DNA from: Negaprion brevirostris
Taxonomy: Eukaryota
DNA: 64,000 bases
Assembly: GCA_030324005.1 (NCBI GenBank)
Contig: JARDVH010000042.1
Span: 71,442,188-71,506,187, forward strand
Direction of reading: 5' to 3'
Both the position numbers and the translations under genes were made by a program. The notes beneath the pieces are model-generated. The model searched no databases. It was not told the origin of the DNA and saw nothing but the letters and a program-made list of their open reading frames with translations. Of this stretch, positions 11,231 to 25,525 are shown piece after piece. Positions within the stretch are counted from its first letter, which is position 1. Each line of letters begins with the position of its first letter.

Positions 11231-12844
11231 GCATTGAGGGAGTGGAAGCTCTACCCATTGATGAACCTCACTATAGAGCCGCTTGGTATGGTCATATTGG
11301 TGAAATTATTGACTTCTTCACCTGGAGGAAGTCAGCGATAGAGGTGAAACCCACTGCCCTCTGAAGCCATATTGTCATTAAACAAATGTGCTGTCTAGCT
11401 CTGGCAAAGAGGACCTCCATGACCATGGAGATGCCATGAAAGTCCACAGTTAATGCTTAGAAGGAACTAGAAGTGAAGATGTTCAAGGTCACACGACTTT
11501 GGCAGTCAGTGGCAGGGCATGACAACCAATGTTGCAAAGTACGAGCTCTTTGGCAAGGAGGGCACAGATATCTTTTAACATCTGCCTGGAGAGTCACAAT
11601 CTCCTGCAGTGTTGTTTCGAGGGCATCTCCAATTACATTTCAACTTTGCAGTCAATCCTGTGTGGACGGTTTGACTTCTGTTGCCTTCCTGCCCCTCTTT
11701 CCTCTCCCATGCCCATGATTCTGCCTTTTCTGCAGGGACTGTTTCCTATCATTGCACAGGGTTCAAAATCTGACAGTGTGCCCCTATTGCTAGCTGGAGT
11801 CTTATTACTGGGCAAGTTTCCCCACCCTCAGTTATCCTTGGCGGCCTTGTGCCCTGTTCTTCTGCCCCACAGTAACGCCAGAGATGTCAATCCTGTTCAA
11901 AGCTGGTCGTTGAGTACTCACTCTCCCTGTTACCCAGTGCCATGCCCCCTTTTATTTTGCTAGCAGTCTTTAGGAGATGCCCAAGGGCTGCCATGCTTGA
12001 CTTCTCACTTTATACCCACCTGCTCTCAACTGGTCAGCCTCTGATGGTATGGGTAACCTGTGTGGCGCTACAAGCAAGAGAAGTTCAAACCTTTACAAGT
12101 GCTACACAAGCTTTTATTGTGTCTAAATCGGCTTCATTTGGAAGGGGAGTGGGATTCCTGTCCCATCCTACCCTCATGCTGATGATCATTGTTGATGCCT
12201 TGAAATTGACAGGCCCGTGCTCTGCTCCTGTAACCAGTTTGTAAATGTGGTTGCTCCAATTTAGCTCTGGTTCTGTAGTGACCCTAGGGTATTGATGCTT
12301 GGAGACTCGGCAACCGTACATTGGAGTCAAGGAAGATAGCTGGAATTTTTCTTCTTTCTGATGGTCACTCTGTGACACTGCAGCAAAACGAAACATCCAA
12401 AAGAACCAACTTAATTTGAGAAGCCTCCTCAAAGGCTTTCAAATGAGTGAAATTATTGGACCTTTACAAAAACGATTGGCTTGATCAGAGGCATAGCCAC
12501 TTGTGTTTAATACATTTTGTGGTTAAAATTTGCCATTTTTCATCCTGGTTTCGAAGATCTCAGATGAATTGCACTGATTATTACAGCCTGACAGAAATTC
12601 CTATCCCAATATATGCAAGCACCGTGGCAGGAACACCTGACCCTGAGTGAACATCATTCTCAAATCAAGGGACGTTGATGATGATTGACCTGCTGAATGA
12701 GATTATCTGCTGCTATGGCTTCTGTAGCCAATCTAACAGGGTAAAAGGAATGGCATTGCCAGTGAAATGTAAGGACATTTCCATCCCCTCCTCTGGAGTA
12801 AGGTCCTCATCCATCTTCTTTCACTTGAACCATGAAATACCAAT

Positions 12845-13880
12845 GGGGCAATTCTCCCAACCCGCTCTGCTGTTCTGGCAGCGCAAAAGTCTGGGCAATA
12901 CCAGTGGAGGCTGTTTACCGGGCTCCTCACTGGATGTCTCGCGCTCTGCACATCTCCCAATGAAGATTTGTAGCGTCATCAGCTTCGCACCAGAAACCAG
13001 CATGGAGCTCATTTGCATATTGAAATGATCATTTAAACCCTATTTGTGGGTCCAGGACTGAAGTCTCTGGGCCTGCTAGCATTCCACACCCCACCCCCCA
13101 ACCCCTTTTACTGGCCAGGAGTGGTTCACTCCAGTCAGCTTTACAACACTTCCCCACTAACAGGGAACTGTGGCCTGACCCACTGGAGTGGACAGAGAGC
13201 ACTGAGGCTCCCCCCAGGAGATCAGGGTAATGGGGGGATTCCCCTTGAGATAACTGGCAATGCCCACCAAGCATCAGGCAGTGCCATGGAGATAGGGCCA
13301 GAGGGGGCGTGGTCTGTTGGAGGGTGATCAATGGGGCGGGGGTCCAGCTGCCAATCTGCATAGGATCAGTAGCAGAGGGAGGGAAAGAGCTAATTGGGGC
13401 TGGCCATCTGGGGGGTCAGGACTTCTGGGGGAGGGTTGGAACTGTTGGTGGGGAGGGAAGGATTTGTTGAGGGAAGGGTGGGGGTGAGAGATCTTTGTGG
13501 GACAGGAAAGGGTTCACGGCTGGCCTAGGCATATTTGGGGAGCCAGCGATCGGTCCGTGGGGGGTGAAGCATAGCCGGCGATGCCGAGGTTGCAGGGCTG
13601 GCCACTGATCGAGTTGGCCAGCAATTGGGAGGCTGGTAAACAGGGGCCAATCTTGGTGCTGACAGATTGGCATACACGCAGTGGCCTGTTCAGCACGATG
13701 CTGTCAGTCGCTCCAGTGGGAATAGGTCCCGTTCACTGGAGTGAATCATACTAGTGCACTCTGCAGTGCAGCAAGTGTGAGAGATTCAGTTTGAAACTCC
13801 CACTGAAAAACCAGCAGGATTTACTCCAGCTTCTATTCAAATTCTACACTTAGAATTAATTTTTGAGAGAACCCCACCCT
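12845..13880 (+). mobile_element. MITE-like family A copy
   Basis: Starts ggggcaattctccc, ends gagagaaccccaccc, and is colinear with 3319-4418. Confidence 0.75.
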
Positions 13881-16800
13881 CCATTCTGCACTTTCTCCTT
13901 TCCTTCTCTGTGAGTGGTATGCTTTGTCTGTATAACATGCAGGAAACAAAACTTCTCAGTATAAACCAATACATGTATTACTTACTCCTTTGCTCCATTG
14001 CCCATCTTTATCCTTACTTCAATTCCTCTATCACTGAAACGTTATATGATTTCTTTGCTTCCATGCTTACTATTTCAGTTGTCTCCTTGCCAGCGTGAAC
14101 ATGGTCCACCATCCACAAACTCCATCTTGTCTCATCCATCCTCCTGACTTTTAATGGCTTCTTAATGAGTCAATTTAAAATCAATTCCTATATCACATCG
14201 TCACCCTTTGATTTGACAGTTCTGGCTTTCTGTGTGCCATTTGCTCTTCCACACAGCTCTCAGATCTATCCCACTTCAAAACCCTCGCACCACTGCCATC
14301 ATCGTTTCTGATACAGTGGTCACTTCTACTCTCTACAACGCTGTCCATTAAATCCACAGTCTCATTCACTTTTCCCCTGACCTACTTTAAAAGATTATCC
14401 TAAACCCAAAGTTTTGACATTGTCTTTTGCAACTTTCCCAAACTGCTTTACTGTAGTTTGCCATTCAGTCATATTATCATTAAGTGTCAGCAAAACATCT
14501 TGGAACAACTTGTACACTCCAATTTGGCACAAATGAGAGTTGTTGTTAATTATGAGTAAGCTTAATGACAGACTTAATTGTAATTACGGAATACCTGGAT
14601 GAGTCATAATATTGCGGAGCCCTTAAATAATCCCAAACCCTTTCCTCATCTAAGGCAGTAGAGTGCAAGTTAAAATACAGCAAAAAAGGGTCAGACTTTA
14701 AGAAAAATGAAGAATCACTGAGAATGGAGCTTGAGGCTGAGTTTGTGACATTTAAGCAGTGGTTTGTACATCTTATCAAACCTTTGTTGTGCTGAGATCA
14801 AAACTCATTATGGTGGAAAAAGAGTTGAAATGGGGAAAAAAAACCCTTAATAAGAGTAAAAAATCCCCAGCAATTTAGCAGAAACCTCTCTGCTCCAGAC
14901 TAGAGAACCAAAACTTGGCAACAGAAAGATAGAATATTTTAAGGATGAGCTTGGTGAACAAAGCCCTTAGGGATAAAAAAAATCAATTGATGGCTCTATT
15001 AGAGGGTGTCAAAGGCTGGAATACAATTTTATTTTTATAAAATCTAATTTCAGAACTTTTAACCTCTTGGAAAACGCTTTATTAATGGAAAGGCAATAGG
15101 AGCTATCACAGTCTCTCCAGCCTGACTCTCTGGCAGAAAGTGCAAACCCATTTTCATTACCAAGTTCACAAGGAATGGAGAGTTCACAAGGCATATAGAG
15201 CGCAGTCAGATGAAACAAAAGCAACCTATTTAGACACTGAGAAGCACATTCTCCAGCTGTAGAACTGGAGCTCCAGCGTTCAATCCAGCAAGTACTTACA
15301 ACAGTACACATGAGAACATAAGCAATAGGCAACACTGTCCCTCGGGCCTGTTTCATCATTCAGTAGGAATAAGGCAGTATCACCTAGATAACTAGGGAGG
15401 TTGCAGAAAATTCCACACTTCATACAACTGACCAAAACAATTTGCTTCAAAAAAGAACTAGTATTTATACATTGCATTTCATAACCAATGGACATCCTAA
15501 AGCACTTGCCAGCCAATTAATTATTTTTGAAAAGTAGTCATTGTTGAAATTTAAAGAATCACGTTAGCTAATTTTCAGATAGCAACGTTCCTATGGACAG
15601 CAGTGTGGTAAATAGTCATTTAACATTCTTGGTTTGTGCTTGTTAGAGATAAATGTCCTCTAGGACACTCAGGGAACCTCCTTGTTAAAAAGTACATCTA
15701 TTTCATCAACAATAACATTTTAAAATGCTGTTAGATATCCTCCTGACTATGTTTCTTAACTTGTTATCAGCACCAGTCTCCAGTCCAAAACAATCACAGT
15801 TTCTTTCGTACTCAGCTGGGGACATACATCCATGCATCCCATATCCCTTCATACCAGCTTGCCCCACCTCATAGCTACTCACCCAGTATTCCCCAAGGCA
15901 GATCTCAGGGGTCATGCCTTTGAAATGGAGACAAGAAGAAACTCTACAAATCTAATGCAGCTGATTTCAAATATATATCTTATTGGAAAAAAGCTTCATA
16001 ATTCATAAAAGTCATCGAAAAAACTCACCTCCTGCATGCAGACAATCTGTTATAAAAACAATCTATTTCACTGGCAATATTAAATACAGATCACCCATAA
16101 ATAATTTCTGAAAGTCATCAATCAAACAGTCCAACAGAGCCCTGCTGAGATAAGATGTTATGGTACTTTTGAAACTCAGATAAACATTCATAATGATATC
16201 GAAGCAAACCATTGAAGCTAATAGACCATGGAACCAATTAAAATTACAAAAAAAAGACTAGGTTTCTTTTTCTAAGCTAAACTAGATAGCCTATCAATCA
16301 AAGCACTCCAGGGTCAGGTGGCTTTTTTCATTTTTCCTCTAAATGGAAGCTGTAGACTTTGTTTTCTTTTTTAAAGACTGGAGAGATGTAATCACCTCAG
16401 AGCATGATGAATAGAAATACTAAGCAGTTGTGTCTGCAATTTTGAATGGTTGATAGTTTTTTTCCAAAAGGAAAAGTACTTCAATGCATCTCAACACTTA
16501 TCCAAGTTGGTCAAATTACATTTGCAGAACAGATGCCTATAATCAACCAAAGCAGTAAAAAATACATCTACATTACAGTATCTTATCTTGCTATTGAAGC
16601 TGAAAGAACTTTCTTCTGTGTTTCCAAGCTTGTCAATGAAAGAATTTCAGGGTAGGTGGCTATTCTTATTTTTCTTGTTGCCTACTAGAGGCTGGGGTTT
16701 CCCCATCATCCATGTCTCCTCTGAAGTGCTGTGAACCATGTATTTTTATGGAAGGAGTCGCATTCCGACACAATTGCAGGGACGGGTGGTTTTGGACTGC

Positions 16801-17409
16801 CCACCCCTGTAACAGTACCAGCTAGGGAAGGAGTGAAACGTGCAGGTGGGCACCCTACACCTTTATCAAGCGCCTGAAAAATGGGAATGGGGCTAGCAAT
16901 CCCAGAATCCGGTCACGCCTGCTAGTTTTAAAGGTCTTCCATGTCAGACTCACTCACCGAAAATCCCAGGGATATTGCAAAGTTAAAGTGAAAATCTATT
17001 AGCTTTCTTCTCAAACAAATTTTGTTGACTTTTTCAAGGAGGAATAATATGAAATCAATATTAATGTTCGGTAAGGATATTCACATTTCTGTGAGGCTTT
17101 TTATCTAACAAGTCTCCTGAAGAGAAGTGATTATCTGCTAATTGCATCAAGGATTCTCTGCTGATGTTGAAGTGCTGGTTGCAGGCAAAGACTATGGATG
17201 CATAACAATTGCTGAAGGCTTCTTGAGATCAAATTATTTGACATGCAAGTTGGGTATAAAAATGAAATACGAAAACCATCAGAGTTGTAAGATTCGCTTT
17301 CCAGAATGAGTAGGAAGTATTGAATTTTTAACAAATTACCTGTCAAATAGGAGTGAACTAATTTGGTTTTGTATGCTCTCTACCCTGGAGACCCAGTGCA
17401 ATAGTCTTC

Positions 17410-17533
17410 TGGGGGGGAGCTTTCCCATTCTGTCTGCCATGGGAATCATAGCCGGCGGGGGCAGATTAGGCAAAGGTCCATTGACGTCAGGCAGGATTTT
17501 CTGGTTTTCTGGCCTGGCTGGAAAACCCCACCC
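17410..17533. mobile_element. MITE family B copy
   Basis: gggggagctttccc...ggaaaaccccaccc with the family B interior (ggtccattgacgtcaggcaggattttc). Confidence 0.6.
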
Positions 17534-17553
17534 TCTATGTCTTGCCCCCCCGC

Positions 17554-17865
17554 CATAGAATCCTACAGTGCAGAAGGAGGCCATTTGACCCATCAAGTCT
17601 TCCACCGACTGCAATCTCACGCAGGAATATCCCCACAATTCCCATGCATTTACCCTAGCTAGTCCCCCTGACTATGAGGGATAATTCAGAATGACCAATC
17701 CACTTAACCTACACAACTTTGGATTGTAGGAGGAAACTGGAGTTCCTGGAGGAAACCCACGCAGAAAAGGGGAGAATGTGCAGACAGTGGCCCAAGCTGG
17801 GACTTGAATCCAGGTCCCTGGCACTGTGACGCAGCAGTGCTAACCACTGTGCCACCATGCCACCC
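17554..17865 (-). mobile_element. HE1-like V-SINE (CR1-derived tail, type 1)
   Basis: catagaatcctacagtgcagaaggaggccatt...cagtgctaaccactgtgccaccatgc. Confidence 0.88.
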
Positions 17866-17967
17866 TGTTTCAACTCTTTATTTAGACATTGTGACCATTA
17901 CACAGACAGCATGAGACAGAGTTATTTCCATATCAGATGAATAAGGGCCTTGTTAAAGATTCTGGAA

Positions 17968-18036
17968 ATGGCACAGTGGTTAGCACTGCTGCCACACAGG
18001 CCAGGTACCTGGGTTTGATTACCAGCTTGGGTCACT
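17968..18036 (+). mobile_element. HE1-like V-SINE 5' end running into an N gap
   Basis: tggcacagtggttagcactgctgccacacag...gggtttgattaccagcttgggtcact. Confidence 0.8.
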
Positions 18037-18137
18037 NNNNNNNNNNNNNNNNNNNNNNNNNNNNNNNNNNNNNNNNNNNNNNNNNNNNNNNNNNNNNNNN
18101 NNNNNNNNNNNNNNNNNNNNNNNNNNNNNNNNNNNNT

Positions 18138-18480
18138 AGGAGGCCAGCAAATAGAGAGTGGGGGGATCAGAGGATTAGTAATATGGAAGCGTGGGGCTGG
18201 CCAGTGATTTGGAGGCTGGCAGTGCAGGGCTATTGCACATGCGCCAAACTCCACCCTGACAGATTGGCACATGCACGGTGGCCCATTCAGTGCTATGCTG
18301 GTGGCATCTCCAGTGGGAATAGGCCCTATCCAATGATTTTCAGCATGAATCTCTGAGCACTCTGCCATGCACAGAGAGTGGGAGATTCATTTTGAAAACA
18401 TGCTAAACAAAAACCCAGCAGGAATTATCAGTTTTTACGTGAATTTGACACTTAGAATTTTTGTTGGGAGAATTACCCTC
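18138..18480 (+). mobile_element. MITE-like family A 3' part
   Basis: Colinear with 13620-13880 and ends gggagaattaccctc (TIR). Confidence 0.72.
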
Positions 18481-18939
18481 CATGATTGAAGTGCAAACAT
18501 GTCTTTTTATTAAAGTAACAACAAACATTAATAGAAGAAGTCAGTTCTAAAATATACTCCAAAACTGAGAACAGACTTCAGGAGGCAAATTGAAAATTTC
18601 AGCTTCTTTTCTGTGCATTAAACATTATAAAGAAATTATGACTTTTTTTGACAAGACCAGTGTAAAATAGCTACATAAAAATTCAACTTTGAATGAAAGT
18701 AGTGCAGATTGATTTATATTATTTTCAGTACGCTTTCTGTCCCTTTTGCTTCTTCACTACAGACCATAGAATCGAGATCTATCTCACAACAGTGACTATT
18801 CAGCAATATTTAAATGGCTTTAAAGCACTTTGGGGCAGTCTGAAGTCATGAAAGGCTATCTTTTTTTAGTCTTTTCAACCTTGTTTGTGTTTGTACTTGT
18901 TACAATGTAATCCCATAAGTGACAGTCTCTCTCATAAAT

Positions 18940-19065
18940 TATTTGATTTTGATTTGATTTATTATTGTCACATGTATTAGCATACAGTGAAAAGTATTGC
19001 TTCTTGAGTGTTATTCAGTCAAAGCATACCGTTTATAGAGAAGGAAACGAGAGAGTGCAGAATAT
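18940..19065 (-). mobile_element. Rex/Babar-type LINE 3' tail
   Basis: Reverse complement of the (ATCAA)n tail family (tttgatttgatttattattgtcacatgtattag...). Confidence 0.72.
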
Positions 19066-22000
19066 AAAAGAGATAGAATTAAGTTATAGAAGCGTAGAAT
19101 GAGAGTAAAAAATAGAATTAGAAGGAATGCTGGGCACATTACCTACATTTGGGTGTCATTACCTACCTTGAAATCTATGATTAAATAATGTTAAAAATCG
19201 CTTTGTAACAACCTTAAATGTGCTCAGAAAAAGCATGTCCAATAAACAGTGGGGAAGAGAGCTCAGACCAAAAATGCTGAACCAGTCTTCATCAAAAGCA
19301 ATGCTAAATACAGCCAGTCTTTTTCTCAATGCTGCCTTAAAGAATATTAAAAGACAATGATACGTTTTTTCAAAAATAACAAAGAACAGTTTTGAACAGA
19401 GTTTAAAATTCAACTTGTTTAATGGATTGAAAACGGTAAAATATTTTCTTTCCTGATGATAAGATGAATTATTACAGAAATAGATTTCTCTGGCCAACAG
19501 AAGGTTCTTGCATCTCCCATTACTGGACTTATAAGTTTAAACAAACCAGTACAATCAGGTTGTTCCAAAACAAGTACATTTGGCTATGACCCTCCTTCAA
19601 TAATTTTGACACATACAGTTTTATTTATTGGGAGTCTTGTGCAAGCTGAATACTTTTCTCGTTCTCCAGTGCCATCCTGCAATGATCTAAGTGGTTGTGG
19701 TGATAGTAAATCAGTAAATTTGATCTTGACAATGAATAGGAGTGGGACTATGATAATTAGTGGTCTTTAAAAATCGAGCCAATAGTTTTCATCCTAGCAA
19801 CTGCCATTAGGCAGTTGTAACATAAAGAATCAAAGATAAGATATCCCAAAAAGATGTTACAAAAAAAACTGCTGAGCATGAGGTCACTTATTGTAGTGAA
19901 AGACAGTCTCAGCTAACCAATGGAGTGATGGAATCCCAGTTCAGTGATAAGGTTATTGCCATTAGCTGTGACTGATTTAGTATCTTGTTAGATATTTTTA
20001 TAACTTTGGGGGATGTCTATTAAATCCTTTTCAATCATTTTACAATGAAAATTCTATTCTTTCTGTGCTCTGCACTCTCTAAGATGTGGAAAGGAGTTGT
20101 AACTTAATGTATCGTAATGGTCAGGATGGGAGCAGAACTAGACCACATTTTTTGCTGAGCCAGATCCCAGGCTGTGATTAAGGGAATTGTAGGTCAGGGC
20201 TGCGAAGGATTGCATTTGCTTCAACTGCTTGTTGACATATCTTTACTGCCTGAACATGATGTTTATAGCCTTTGTAAATATGAAATATTGCAGACTCTGA
20301 ACTCTGTAGCGCTCAATTAGTGCCATAATTACAAAATTGCACAGGTCTTTGGGGAAGGGGTGATACGTAATGTGAGCGTGAAAGTCCTGTAGTGTTATTG
20401 GAGCTGCAAGTGGTGCAATTGTGTATGGCTGATATCTAAGCATAACGCTTGAGGCCTGACATTGAGATTGTGGGGATTGCAAATCGATTATTGATATCCA
20501 CGGACAGTAGGGGTCAAAAATATGGTTTCAACAATAAGTTGGTATTAAAGGCAATGCTTTACCTTTGGCACATAAAACTCTAATAATTATTAAATAATTA
20601 TATTAAATACTTAAGTAATCAGTAAATAATTATAGGAAGCCCAGAGTTTGCATAAATCAGAAAATCTAAATGATTTTATATTTTCAGTTGAGATCACTGA
20701 ATTAGGAACAGGACCCAAGGCAGGTTTGATTTTGTGTCTGCATCGCTTCAGGGTATAAACCAACCCGTATCCTTCTTCTGTCACCTCAACTTAAAGCAAT
20801 AGTCTCAACAATGACAGTCAATGGGATTTTGAGCTCCCATAGTGTGTGTGAGATTACCAGAGGGAGTGAAAAATCTGGAGGAAATTGGAAATCATGAATC
20901 TCACTGGTGAAATGGCAATTTCCAATTTTCCCTATCATTCACCAGCAATGATATGGGCTTGAACATGATTTTAATTGATTTTAATGAATTTAAATTTAAT
21001 TATCTAGTCNNNNNNNNNNNNNNNNNNNNNNNNNNNNNNNNNNNNNNNNNNNNNNNNNNNNNNNNNNNNNNNNNNNNNNNNNNNNNNNNNNNNNNNNNNN
21101 NNNNNNNNNNNNNNNNNNNNNNNNNNNNNNNNNNNNNNNNNNNNNNNNNNNNNNNNNNNNNNNNNNNNNNNNNNNNNNNNNNNNNNNNNNNNNNNNNNNN
21201 NNNNNNNNNNNNNNNNNNNNNNNNNNNNNNNNNNNNNNNNNNNNNNNNNNNNNNNNNNNNNNNNNNNNNNNNNNNNNNNNNNNNNNNNNNNNNNNNNNNN
21301 NNNNNNNNNNNNNNNNNNNNNNNNNNNNNNNNNNNNNNNNNNNNNNNNNNNNNNNNNNNNNNNNNNNNNNNNNNNNNNNNNNNNNNNNNNNNNNNNNNNN
21401 NNNNNNNNNNNNNNNNNNNNNNNNNNNNNNNNNNNNNNNNNNNNNNNNNNNNNNNNNNNNNNNNNNNNNNNNNNNNNNNNNNNNNNNNNNNNNNNNNNNN
21501 NNNNNNNNNNNNNNNNNNNNNNNNNNNNNNNNNNNNNNNNNNNNNNNNNNNNNNNNNNNNNNNNNNNNNNNNNNNNNNNNNNNNNNNNNNNNNNNNNCAA
21601 CGAATGAAAGCCCACACTAAATAATTCACTTTCATTAGTTAGCTGATCACAAATGATGCAGTAGTTGAGGTGCTGTACAATTGGTCTCAATACTGTAAAG
21701 CTTTGGAGAGGAAAAATCAGCTAGGGTCCTGTTTCTGACTGCTAACTGATGACCTTTGCTGCCAGTGGGTTGTTGTGGATGATGGCGGAATACAGAATTA
21801 GGTCCAGTTGTGTTGCCTCTCAGTCAAATGGTTTGTCTAAGCTCACAATCATGTGGGGAATATAATGAAGGACTCCTGGACCCTAGATCCTTACGCTGGC
21901 GAGGGGCTCATACCTTCAGGAATAGGGAGGAGATCAGAGTGTTATTTAATACTGACAATAAACACCAAGCCAAATTCCCAATTTTAACTTAATTTTAACC

Positions 22001-23639
22001 TTATCGTTATTCATTTCCTAGTACAACCTAAAATTTAGGAAAGGTTCCCAATCACAGATTAGTTTCACATTATAACAATTACAGCCAACTGTACAGTCAA
22101 CCATGCAAATCTCATTTTAGTAAAACATATTCATACATGTTTTGAATGGGATTCCACAAATATTTTTAAAGAGAATCACTTGTTTTTAAAAGAAGAATAT
22201 TTAAAGGGAAAGGTGTTGCAGAATGAGATTGGGCTCTTTTCTGACAGAGGGAATCTTACAGGGAACTAATTGTGCACAATGAACCCCCTCTGACTCAGTG
22301 AAGTGGGCTACATTAGGAAAGATTCGGAAAGATGTGTAGAAGTCCTGCACTATGGGAATGTTACCCCCAATACCTCTCAAAAACATGGTGGAAGAATGGT
22401 TTGGTGTTTAATCCTCTGAAAACCTCTGAGTGGTTTGTCTCCACACTTGATTCTCTAATCAGAATTTCAGTTGAATAGTCCTTGAATGGGGAGCATGGCC
22501 TTTAAAAATAATACCCTCCTGCATTCAAACCTGTGATTTGTTATAACATGTCTCCCAGGGATAGCAGCATGCCATCACTTTAAGGAAATATTACAACATG
22601 GTAATGAGATATTGAGATACCTGTGGGTCCCATCTCTTCTCACACACTGGATCCAGCAGAAATGGCAGCTGCCAATCTTCACCATCCTTGCTCCAGTGAA
22701 ATTTCCAGGCTCCAGTACCCAGTTTACCAGTCTATTCAGTGCCCATGTAGCTGGCTTTTACTCACTCAAAGTCCTTGTTTGCTTAGCCACACATCCTTCC
22801 CAGTCTGTGATCCTTACTGGTTTGAGGTCCAGCCCCTAGTGTCCTTTCCACCTGTTAACTGTACAGCAATTCCAGAGTTTGGGAGTATCAGCTGGAGCCA
22901 GAGCTTTGAATCCACCATGACAGTGTCAAGAAAAATATTCCGTATGGAACTGCATTCCATACCATCCCTGCTGCCTACACCTCCTTCTTCACTTTCTCTC
23001 CCTCAGAGGAAGAAGTTCTTTCCCATTTTTCATCCTGCACTTTGGCCTTTGGCTTATAAATTGGGGCAGATGAGCTCAGTTCTGTGGCTATCAGGGCATC
23101 AAAACCCAAAGACTGGCCTCAGAAATCCCTGGAAGGTGAAAAGAAAAGCAGAGAAGTGAAAGACAAAAAAAAACAAGTGATACTTCAGTGATAGAGAGTG
23201 ACAGATAGGGAAAAGGGAATAAATACTGTGAGAGAGAAAAGCAGGTAATAGACTTATACTGAGGAAATGGAGATGATGACACTGGTTTGAGAAGACATGA
23301 AGAAAAAGGTGAAGACAAATTGTGAGATTCTGAGATAACAATGAGCAATAATAACGTGTGAGAGCCATACAGAGACAGATGGAAAGGAAGAGGGGAAGAT
23401 AAATAGAAAGACAAACTTGGCAAGTGGCAGAAAGGCAGCAGCTGGAAAAGAACAATTTTTAAATAATGTTCCAGCAATGTCTTAGGCGGTCAGTCAGTTG
23501 GTCTGCAAGAAATTATTTGTACCAGACTATATAAGGTAGGATTTAACCTGGGTTTGATTAGCATGAAAACTGTTGTTACAGAACAGATAGTTGTTTCTGA
23601 CCTAAATTTCAAACTGAATATTAAATTATATTATGCTTT

Positions 23640-23961
23640 CATAGAATCCCTACAGTGCAGAAGGAAGCCGTTTGGCCCATCAAGCCTGCACCGATAACAA
23701 TTCCACCTGAGCTCTATGCCCATAACTCCAATTATTTACCCGACTAATACCACTGACATTAAATGGGCAATTTAGCATGGTCAATCAACTTAACCACACA
23801 TCTTTGGACTGTGGGGGGAAACCAGAGCACCCAAAGAAACCCATGCAGACACAGGGACAACGTGCAAACTCCACACAGACGGTCACCCAAGACTGGATTT
23901 GAACCCTGGTCCCTGGCACTGTGAGGCAGCAGTGCTAACCACTGTGCCATCTTGCTGCCCC
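23640..23961 (-). mobile_element. HE1-like V-SINE, full length
   Basis: catagaatccctacagtgcagaagg ... gcagtgctaaccactgtgccatcttgctgccc. Confidence 0.9.
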
Positions 23962-23999
23962 CAAATCACAAGATCACTGTTTCCTAGGGAGTCTTTATT

Positions 24000-24975
24000 C
24001 TGAGGTCATTTATTAAACCTATCTCATTACACATTACCAAAAATCAAGATACCCTGTTCCCTGATTGGCTCTATGACATATTGTTCTAGGAAACTATCCC
24101 TAATGCACTCTGCATTTGTTGCCATAGCTATTCTTTCCAACTTGATTAACCCAATCAACATGAAGATTAAACTCACCCATAATTATTGCGCTACCTTTTT
24201 ACATACTCCTATTTTTTGTGGATTTATACCCTTTCCTACAAGTGGCTACTTTTGGGGGCCTATACACTACTCTACCAATGTCTTCTTTTCCTTGTTGTTT
24301 TTTTACCTCCATCCAAATAGTCTCTATATCATCCAAGCCTAGATTGTCTCTCACAACTGACTTCATTTTATCTCTTATTAATAGTGCTATTCCACTACCT
24401 TTTCCTTCTGTTCTATCTTTCCAAAAGGTCAAATATCCCAGAATATTGAGTTCCCTGCTTTGATCTTTTACCATGAATCCATTATGGCTATGAAATCCTA
24501 TCCATTTACCTTGATTTGCGCCGTCAGTTTGTCTACCATGTTCCGAATGCTTCATCCATAAAGATACAAAGCTTGTACGCTTGCCTTTTCGCCATTTTTG
24601 ATCATCCTAAATTTCCTTTGCACTGTGGCCTTATTTATCTCTCGCCCTTAGTCACCCATCTATTGATTTTGCATTTTAGTGTTCGTTCTTTTATTTCTCT
24701 TTCCCTTGTCACCCTGCTAATGTTCCCATCCCCTTGCCATTCTAGTTTAAACCCTCCCCAACCACATCAGCAAATACTCACCCCAGGACATCAGTCCCAG
24801 CCCTACCCAGGTGTAACCAGTCCAATTTGAACAGGTCCCACCTCCCCAGAACTGGTCCCTATAGCCCAGGAATCTGAAACGCATCTTTCCAGCCATATAT
24901 TCATCTGATATATCCTGCTATTTCTATTCTACTAGCATGTGGTGCTGGTATAATCCTGAGATCGCTATCTTTAAA
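24000..24975 (-). mobile_element. CR1 LINE fragment (ORF1 esterase C-terminus plus ORF2 endonuclease N-terminus)
   Basis: The minus-strand ORF reads LNILGYLTFWKDRTEGKGSGIALLIRD...IWMEVKK...VVYRPP. Upstream (about 24800-24870) reads FWGGGTCSN/DWLHLG-like, as in the SGNH esterase of CR1 ORF1. Confidence 0.8.
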
Positions 24976-25294
24976 GTCTCACTTTTCACCCTTTGTCCTG
25001 CTCCCCTGGCAGGCCAATCACTTGCTGCCCTGAAAGTGATTGGGGTCCACTGCTCTCCTTCCTGGGGCCTGGTTTCAGTCTTGGCACCACCCATTGGTTC
25101 TGGCGCTGGTGGGACTGTTGGAGCTGCCAGCCACTTTGCCACATCTGAAAAGTAGATGTCCCACTTTGAGCTTGTTTAAGTTGCCTCAAGCATTTCATTG
25201 CTATGGAGCGGGCTTTTTTTAAGTCAGTCGAATAGAAATACACTTTTGAAACAGGAGCTGAGCCATACACACTCCCATAAAATTCAGCCCCAGG

Positions 25295-25525
25295 GTTTTC
25301 TTTCAGTCAGGGGATGTGAGTGTCGCTAGCAAGATGAACATTTGTTTCCCACCTCTAACTGCTGTTGAAAAAGTGTCAGTGAAACACTTTATGAACTGCT
25401 TCAGTCCCTGTGGTGAAGGGACATCCACAATACTGTTAGGGAGGGCATTCCAGGATCTTGACCCAGTGACTATAAAGGAATGGTGATATCATTCCGAGTT
25501 AGGATGGTGTGTTAGGATTCCCATG
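25295..25525 (-). mobile_element. CR1/L2-clade LINE 3' fragment
   Basis: Homologous to 1805-2170. Confidence 0.65.

Noticed and set aside
20953-21690. ORFs over 200 aa (also at 45973-46541, 49522-50082 and 54730-55148)
   Set aside because: Largely N-gap translations.
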